Made by a program: the position numbers and the translations under genes. This document shows positions 57,739-64,000 of a DNA stretch of 64,000 nucleotides, one piece after another. The notes under the pieces were generated by a model. The model made no database searches, was not told the origin of the DNA, and was given only the letters and a program-made list of their open reading frames with translations. This DNA is from a virus, in the IMG/VR virus record IMGVR_UViG_3300000101_000010, one strand, 5' to 3'. Position 1 is the stretch's first letter. The number at the start of each line of letters is the position of its first letter.

Positions 57739-59046
57739 ATGCTTAGAAAAGAACCAATCGACATTAATGACCTTACCGTTGAAGACTGCCTAGAACTAGT
57801 TGCTGGTATCAGTAACTTTAAGTTCAGCGTTAATAAAAAGTTAGCAGACTTACATTCGTTTACGTTACATGAAGACAACCATAAGATTATGTTTAGTATT
57901 GCTAAACAATGTTTTAGAGGTACTGCACTCACGCCTAAGCAACACGAGCTTGTTAAAAGACTATTAGTAGAGTACTACACACCACAGTTCACAAAGCATA
58001 ACATTGAACTTAAGAACCATTTAGATAACTTAAGAAGTCCGCTACGTGACTTAGATAGTTCACATTGGGTTAAGATACAACAGATTGGTTACAAGGGTGT
58101 AGAAGAAAATATGCTTGTTATCAGATTCCCATTTAACAAAAAAGTTATTACTAGATTAGAAGAATTAAAGAACGGCAACAACAAAGATTACTTCTACGAA
58201 AAGCACAAGCATTACTTTCCGTTAACTGAAAGATACATTTGGAAAGTAGTAAATATTGCAAGAAAGTTTCAAAGTAAGTTTGACATTGATGCTAGTGTAC
58301 AAGAAGTATACGACCAACTAGCACACATGAATTCTCATAGCTATGAGTACTTGCCAGGAGTTAAAGATTATAAATTTATTAACTATGTTGACCACGGCAT
58401 TAAAGAATGTGTAAAAGATTTAGGAGAACCAAATGATAGCAACCTCTACAAATATTATGATAGAAAAGGTATGTATGGTCTTGAGTATTTTAATGACATA
58501 CATGTAACAAAAAGTTTTAGACATAACAACTGTAGCACACTAACATTTAAGATTGCTAACAGAAGTAACACACAACTAAACATTAGAGACTCAGATTGGA
58601 CTGTTGATAACTTAGCAACAGCATTAATTGAGTTAGATAGATTTCCATTATTAATTGTACTTGATACACATACATGTATGGACAGGCTAATAGAATACCA
58701 TAATAAGTTTGTAAACTTTATTCCAAAAGAACAAATGAGTGTTATGTTTAGATTGGACAACAAAGACCTGGATCATGCTAAGGAATTTAACCAATTCGTC
58801 CATGATAAGGGATTAAATAATTATGTTGACAAAAACACTAAAGTAGTGTATATTAGTAATAATAAAGTTCCTAAGCCATTGTTTAAAAGTGATTGGATGC
58901 CAATAGCATCGTTGTGTTTAACAAGGCAACCAATGAACTATATTAATGAGTACATAAACGGAATTGATTTAATAATGTCTTATGATGTAGGATCGATAGT
59001 ATCGAGTCCACACAGCAGATGGCAAGTTAAAGTAGAGAATATATGA
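57739..59046 (+). CDS. Hypothetical protein upstream of uvsW
   Basis: 435-aa ORF with its own sigma70 promoter; ATGA-coupled to uvsW. Confidence 0.65.
   Translation: MLRKEPIDINDLTVEDCLELVAGISNFKFSVNKKLADLHSFTLHEDNHKIMFSIAKQCFRGTALTPKQHELVKRLLVEYYTPQFTKHNIELKNHLDNLRSPLRDLDSSHWVKIQQIGYKGVEENMLVIRFPFNKKVITRLEELKNGNNKDYFYEKHKHYFPLTERYIWKVVNIARKFQSKFDIDASVQEVYDQLAHMNSHSYEYLPGVKDYKFINYVDHGIKECVKDLGEPNDSNLYKYYDRKGMYGLEYFNDIHVTKSFRHNNCSTLTFKIANRSNTQLNIRDSDWTVDNLATALIELDRFPLLIVLDTHTCMDRLIEYHNKFVNFIPKEQMSVMFRLDNKDLDHAKEFNQFVHDKGLNNYVDKNTKVVYISNNKVPKPLFKSDWMPIASLCLTRQPMNYINEYINGIDLIMSYDVGSIVSSPHSRWQVKVENI
58826..58854 (+). promoter_or_regulatory. Internal sigma70-type promoter (TTGACA-17-TATATT) upstream of uvsW
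   Basis: Consensus -35 and 17-nt spacer containing the acacta/tagtgt inverted repeat; lies within the upstream CDS. Confidence 0.55.
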
Positions 59047-60506
59047 CAAGTTGTAAAATAGTAATTCAAGATGAAGTAAATGTAAAAGTTGAAAACTTGC
59101 CTGTTGAGAATCGTAGAAAGATTGCTAACAAGTTAAAGTTTCAAGTTCCTTATGCACGTTACTTGCCACAATACAAACTAGGACGTTGGGACGGAAACGT
59201 TGCGTTCTTTGGTATTGGTGGTACAGGATATGTTAATCATTTAGATACTATTGTTAATAGTATCGTTGAGCAAGGTATTGAAATATCTGAGATAGTAGAT
59301 CACAGAGAGAAGCATGACTTGTCCTTTAATGCAATTACAGAAGACTATTGGAAGGACCAAGGCACAGTATGGCCAGAAGGACATATGATGGCTGGCGAAC
59401 CTATTGTACTACGTGACTATCAAGTTGAAACAGTTAATAACTTTTTAAATAATCCACAAGCATTACAAGAAGTTGCAACTGGTGCAGGTAAAACTATTAT
59501 TACTGCAACGCTATCACACTTAATGGAAAAGATTGGTCGGACGTTAGTTATTGTTCCTAACAAATCACTTGTTACACAAACAGAGGAAGACTATGTTAAC
59601 TGCGGATTAGATGTAGGTGTTTACTTCGGTGATAGAAAAGAATTAGGCAAGACACATACAATTTGTACTTGGCAAAGTTTAAATATACTAGATAAGAAAA
59701 GTAAAAACTATGATGACGTACTAACACTTGCAGAGTTTTTAGAAGGCGTACAAACAATTATTATTGACGAAGTACACCAAGCAAAAGCAGAAGTGCTTAA
59801 AAAATTACTTACACAAAATTTAAAACATGCACCTATACGTTGGGGCTTAACAGGTACAGTACCTAAAGAACAGTTTGAGTTTCAAAGTATCTTAGCAAGT
59901 ATAGGTCCAGTCATTGGCAACATTAGTGCAAAAGAATTACAAGACAAAGGCGTACTAGCTAACTGTCATGTTAACATTGTACAAATGATTGACATTAAAA
60001 GTTTTGCAGGTTATCCAGAAGAGTTAAAGTTTCTAGTAACAGATGCAGAAAGAATAAAATATATAGGCAAACTATTAAACAACATAAAAAACTCAGGCAA
60101 TACATTAATACTAGTTGATAGAATTAGTGCAGGCGAGCTACTACTAGAAGCAATACCAGATAGTGTTTTTATTAAAGGCGATGTCAAATTAAAAGATCGC
60201 AAGGAACAGTATGACGAAGTTAAAGAAGCAACTAATAAAGTTATTATCGCAACATACGGAGTTGCGGCAGTGGGCATTAATATACCTAGGATTTTTAATC
60301 TTGTACTTATTGAACCTGGAAAATCTTTTGTTCGAGTAATTCAAAGTATAGGCAGAGGCGTAAGAAAAGCAGAAGACAAAGACTTTGTGCAAATTTGGGA
60401 TATAACTAGCACATGTAAGTATGCGAAAAGGCACTTAACATCAAGAAAGAAGTTTTACAAAGAAGCACAGTATCCATTTACGATTGAGAAAGTGGATTGG
60501 AATTAA
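59043..60506 (+). CDS. uvsW: SF2 DNA helicase
   Basis: LRDYQ, ATGAGKT, IIIDEVHQA, GLTGT, QSIGRGVR. Confidence 0.9.
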   Translation: MTSCKIVIQDEVNVKVENLPVENRRKIANKLKFQVPYARYLPQYKLGRWDGNVAFFGIGGTGYVNHLDTIVNSIVEQGIEISEIVDHREKHDLSFNAITEDYWKDQGTVWPEGHMMAGEPIVLRDYQVETVNNFLNNPQALQEVATGAGKTIITATLSHLMEKIGRTLVIVPNKSLVTQTEEDYVNCGLDVGVYFGDRKELGKTHTICTWQSLNILDKKSKNYDDVLTLAEFLEGVQTIIIDEVHQAKAEVLKKLLTQNLKHAPIRWGLTGTVPKEQFEFQSILASIGPVIGNISAKELQDKGVLANCHVNIVQMIDIKSFAGYPEELKFLVTDAERIKYIGKLLNNIKNSGNTLILVDRISAGELLLEAIPDSVFIKGDVKLKDRKEQYDEVKEATNKVIIATYGVAAVGINIPRIFNLVLIEPGKSFVRVIQSIGRGVRKAEDKDFVQIWDITSTCKYAKRHLTSRKKFYKEAQYPFTIEKVDWN

Positions 60507-60527
60507 TATGAAAACAGAGGATTATAA

Positions 60528-61034
60528 ATGAGAATATTAACATTAGAAAACAAATGTTACAAACTCGAACACCTTCCGGACGAATTAACAGATGACATTA
60601 GATTTTCAGTATTGGATAATAGTAATCCAAAAGAGCCTGACTTCTTTTATATTCCTTTGATTTTTTTAGAATCATTTAACTCACCAGCAATGGTAATGGA
60701 AATTGGAGGGCATGAAATAACTATGCCTATCGATTGGCATTTAGCAGTAGGTGACAGCGGCGGTGCTGGAGACATTGAAGTACTACCATTAACAAGTTTA
60801 AACGATAGAGGCTTTGAAGCGTTCTTGTTTAATCCGTTAACTAGTAGTATGATGAATTGGGGAGAAGTAAAGATTACTAATTTTTACAATGATGTAAAAT
60901 GGTATTTCCCTAAAATGAAAAACGGACAACTATTAGGTGTACCTTTAACTGATGGTGACAACCCGCAATGTGCGTGGTTTGTAAAAGACATTAGTAGACA
61001 AAGTGAAGTTATTGATTATGGGATTCTTATCTAA
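60528..61034 (+). CDS. Hypothetical all-beta protein, possibly a degenerate Hint-like fold
   Basis: 168 aa, SD GAGGA; see findings. Confidence 0.55.
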   Translation: MRILTLENKCYKLEHLPDELTDDIRFSVLDNSNPKEPDFFYIPLIFLESFNSPAMVMEIGGHEITMPIDWHLAVGDSGGAGDIEVLPLTSLNDRGFEAFLFNPLTSSMMNWGEVKITNFYNDVKWYFPKMKNGQLLGVPLTDGDNPQCAWFVKDISRQSEVIDYGILI

Positions 61035-61737
61035 CAGTATAACAGTAGACGTATATACAAACCAACAATACGCTTACGATCAATGTAAGCCGCAGTTGGC
61101 AAAGAAGTATATACCCGAATGGTGGAAAAGTTTACCAGCAAGTAGACCTACGCACCAAGAGTTCTATGACGACTTGCCGATAAGTTCAATGAAACAATGT
61201 CCTGCTATTAATGATATATTAAAGGCAGGAATTATTTTCCCTAGTTGGTGTGAACTACATATGCGTGTAGGTATTGGAGGAGAGAAAGAAGTAAGAGTCT
61301 TTCCTGACTTTATTCCTGCATTGCCACACGACGAACGTGACTTTGATTTTCACAAGCCTGGACTTGCACATGTTAAGTTAGGCTCACCGTGGTTTATGAA
61401 AGAAACTACAGGTGTAAAATGGGTATGGATCAAACCTGATTGGCACACAAAGAATCCATTAGCATACTGGGGCGTACCTGGTATCACAGAGTATAAACAT
61501 CAACATAGTATCTTAAATAACATTATGGTTCCATACGGTAGTGAAGTTAAAATTGAAGTTGGCGAACCTTGGTTACAACTAGTACCAATGAGTGACAAAC
61601 CAATAAAACTTAACGTCCACTTAACAGACAACCAAACTATGCAGAATTTAAATACAGTTAATATATCCTCCGTAGGAAGTTATATGAAATCGATACGTAA
61701 TGTTGGGAAGCAAAGGAAATTAGATGAAAACAATTAG
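61018..61737 (+). CDS. Hypothetical protein (PEWWK...KQCP...P.W type)
   Basis: Beta-rich ORF resembling those in large aquatic phage accessory regions; start at 61018 or 61003. Confidence 0.55.
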   Translation: MGFLSNSITVDVYTNQQYAYDQCKPQLAKKYIPEWWKSLPASRPTHQEFYDDLPISSMKQCPAINDILKAGIIFPSWCELHMRVGIGGEKEVRVFPDFIPALPHDERDFDFHKPGLAHVKLGSPWFMKETTGVKWVWIKPDWHTKNPLAYWGVPGITEYKHQHSILNNIMVPYGSEVKIEVGEPWLQLVPMSDKPIKLNVHLTDNQTMQNLNTVNISSVGSYMKSIRNVGKQRKLDENN

Positions 61738-62290
61738 TGAAGAATACGCTCGCCAGTTAGCACAACTACACAGCGAGAAAGCATCTTTCGGTGACGCTAA
61801 AGGATTAAAGGCTATCGAAAAATGGATTAAAGAATTTAAACCTCAGTCTATTTTAGACTATGGTTGCGGCAAAGGTGGAGTTGTATTAGCACTCAAAGAA
61901 TCGTATCCAGAGATTAGTGCAATTGGTTGGGATCCAGGGATGCCAGACTTTAATATTCCCGATAACAAGAAGCCTGCTGATATGCTTATTAGTACAGACG
62001 TACTAGAACATATTGAGCCTTTCTTTTTAGATGATGTACTAAAAGATATTCACGAACTGTTTAACAAAAATGCATTTCTTATTATTGCTACTAGCCCAGC
62101 TAAAAAGTTTTTACCAGACGGACGTAATGCACATTTAATTGTAGAGAATCCGGGTTGGTGGAAAGAAAGAATTGAAAAATGTATGCCAGGTGTAAAAATT
62201 GTACATCACGAGTTCTTTGAAAAGACAAGAACAGATAAGCGTGGCGGCGTACATGAGAACAACAAATATATTGTAGTGTTGGAGAAATAG
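61724..62290 (+). CDS. Class I SAM methyltransferase
   Basis: ILDYGCGKG, GWDPG, DMLISTDVLEHIEP. Confidence 0.85.
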   Translation: MKTISEEYARQLAQLHSEKASFGDAKGLKAIEKWIKEFKPQSILDYGCGKGGVVLALKESYPEISAIGWDPGMPDFNIPDNKKPADMLISTDVLEHIEPFFLDDVLKDIHELFNKNAFLIIATSPAKKFLPDGRNAHLIVENPGWWKERIEKCMPGVKIVHHEFFEKTRTDKRGGVHENNKYIVVLEK

Positions 62291-62291
62291 T

Positions 62292-63011
62292 ATGAGCTTT
62301 ACTAATTTAATTACAGAAGCTATTGATTCAGTATACGATGATATCAAAGCAAACAAGACTCCTACTGTATGTGAGATGGGCAACCAGCGTTTAAAAAATA
62401 ATAAGTCACGTGCTAAAATTTTTAATGCACGTGGTATTCATACACATGCTAACACTACTAAAGAATACTTTCAAGCCTTAGGCTTTGGAAGATATCTTGC
62501 TATCGATGTTAATACAGAGAAAGATGCTGTTGCAATGGATCTTAATTTAGATTGCAAACAAGCATATAACTTTACAGAACAGTTTGACCTAGTAACTAAT
62601 AACGGCACAGGCGAACACGTATTCAATCAGTACACAGTATTTAAAAACATACACGACATGACTAAGGTTGGTGGATACATGATCCATGTACTTCCTTTTT
62701 ATCGTTGGGTTGATCACGGCTTTTATAGCTTTCATCCTAATTTGTTTTTCTGCCTAGCACACCAAAATGATTATGAGATGCATGGCGTATGGATTGGTAC
62801 TAGTGACGGACATCACATTGAGAAGCTAGGACAAAAGTTATCACGTGACAAAGGTTACAGAGGTAAGTTTAAATTAGATACATGGGAAAGAGATCCTATG
62901 GTTGTTGCTATTATGAAACGTAAGACTGATGCAGAATTTGAGATGCCACAGCAACATTTATATGCAGGTGATAATATATCTAGCGATGAGATTGCGAACC
63001 GTTATAAATGA
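62292..63011 (+). CDS. SAM-methyltransferase-like protein
   Basis: CEMGNQ, IDVN...DLN, FDLVTNNGTGEHVFN, GGYMIHVLP...DHGFY. Confidence 0.6.
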   Translation: MSFTNLITEAIDSVYDDIKANKTPTVCEMGNQRLKNNKSRAKIFNARGIHTHANTTKEYFQALGFGRYLAIDVNTEKDAVAMDLNLDCKQAYNFTEQFDLVTNNGTGEHVFNQYTVFKNIHDMTKVGGYMIHVLPFYRWVDHGFYSFHPNLFFCLAHQNDYEMHGVWIGTSDGHHIEKLGQKLSRDKGYRGKFKLDTWERDPMVVAIMKRKTDAEFEMPQQHLYAGDNISSDEIANRYK

Positions 63012-63778
63012 ACCAGTATAGTGTCCTCCAAAACTTTAAGCCAAGTGACTTAAGGTTGAGCCCGTTTCCATATATCGTTATTGATGAAGTCCTACCATGG
63101 GACTTGTACAATAAGCTAGAAGCAGAATACCCAGAACAGTACATGACCAAAGGCGAAACACATGGCTTTGGTACTGCACGTTACGTTGATCATGACTTCG
63201 ATACTTACGCAACAGTAAGTCAAGCATGGCAAGAATTTGCCGCATATTCAACTAGCAGAGAATTTAAAAACGAAGTAATAAGAGCATTTCGCACAGGACT
63301 TGAAGCACACTATCCACCAGGATCGTTTTGTCCAGAAGGATTATATACCAAGTATATGCGTAGTGATGTTGCTCCACGTAGAGCTCCTAAGAGCGGATCA
63401 ATTAGAATGGAAATGCAGTTTGTATTAAATGCAATAGACAATATACAAATTAGAACTCCGCATGTTGATCAATCAAAAGAATTGTTTGCAGGTTTGTTTT
63501 ACATGAAGAAGGCAGATGACACAGGCACAGATGGTGGTCTAAATGTTTATAGAAACACAGCAGGTAAGCAATGGCGCAGAGTAACAGGTCGTGAAGCAGT
63601 TGCAGAAGATATTGAAGTTGTAGAACGTGTTCCATATAAAGCAAACACTATGGTTATGTTTTTAAACACAGTAGATAGTTTACACGGAGTTGAACCTCGT
63701 GACAATCCAAATACTATTAGACGTTATGTTAATATAGACGGACACGTACAAGAGAAATTATTTAAGTTCGTTGATTAG
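63008..63778 (+). CDS. 2OG-Fe(II) oxygenase
   Basis: PHVD (HxD), GLFYM...GG.L, SLHGV...RRYVN. Confidence 0.8.
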   Translation: MNQYSVLQNFKPSDLRLSPFPYIVIDEVLPWDLYNKLEAEYPEQYMTKGETHGFGTARYVDHDFDTYATVSQAWQEFAAYSTSREFKNEVIRAFRTGLEAHYPPGSFCPEGLYTKYMRSDVAPRRAPKSGSIRMEMQFVLNAIDNIQIRTPHVDQSKELFAGLFYMKKADDTGTDGGLNVYRNTAGKQWRRVTGREAVAEDIEVVERVPYKANTMVMFLNTVDSLHGVEPRDNPNTIRRYVNIDGHVQEKLFKFVD

Positions 63779-63787
63779 GAGATGAAT

Positions 63788-64000
63788 ATGAAAGCAGGAA
63801 AAGTTTGGGGACAAACTGAATTAATACATGCAAACGGTGTACTAGAGTTTCATCGCATTGAATATAAAGCAGGATTCAAATGTAGTGAACATGCACACGA
63901 ATATAAATGGAACGGATTCTTTGTTGAATCGGGCAAGATGATTGTTCGAGTTTGGCAAGATGATCAAGGACTAGTTGATGAAACTATTCTTGAAGCAGGA
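63788..64000 (+). CDS. Cupin, 3'-truncated (not in the ORF track)
   Basis: SD AGGAG, then MKAGKVWGQTELIHANGVLEFHRIEYKAGFKCSEHAHEYKWNGFFVESG..., open to the window end; KxWG and HxH cupin motifs. Confidence 0.75.
   Translation, partial: MKAGKVWGQTELIHANGVLEFHRIEYKAGFKCSEHAHEYKWNGFFVESGKMIVRVWQDDQGLVDETILEAG

Noticed and set aside
1-64000. tRNA, rRNA, CRISPR or integrase
   Set aside because: Intergenic gaps are mostly under 150 nt and I saw no cloverleaf, repeat array or recombinase motif.

Overview
The window is part of a large, AT-rich, T4-like myovirus genome, probably from an uncultured aquatic phage (lifestyle and habitat inferred from gene content). It is almost fully coding in the standard code. 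From left to right it holds: (i) giant tail-fibre genes, a cassette of three ~10%-Cys Gly-rich adhesin-like proteins with two fibre chaperones, and an operon encoding a GT9-like glycosyltransferase, an SGNH-like protein, a carbamoyltransferase and a methyltransferase; (ii) an inverted block with neck gp14 and tail terminator gp15 followed by Nudix, hldE, hldD, a cupin and two 2OG-Fe(II) oxygenases (ADP-heptose synthesis); (iii) gp13, dNMP kinase, sheath, tube, gp4, putative core proteins and large terminase; (iv) ssb, uvsX, uvsY and a peroxiredoxin; (v) a second sugar-modification cluster (nucleotidyltransferase-cupin fusion, TylF O-methyltransferase, GT8-like, three KpsS/KpsC-like proteins) continuing past uvsW. 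The strongest lead is that three sugar-enzyme clusters each start behind the same NTAAATA late-promoter motif as the structural genes and contain no membrane flippase or polymerase. This suggests a phage-encoded, heptose-based virion glycosylation and tailoring system. Other signals are apparent complete avoidance of GCWGC and AAGCTT, leaderless late genes, and a type-1-copper-like site in a virion protein. All family calls come from motif recognition by eye; no database searches were run.
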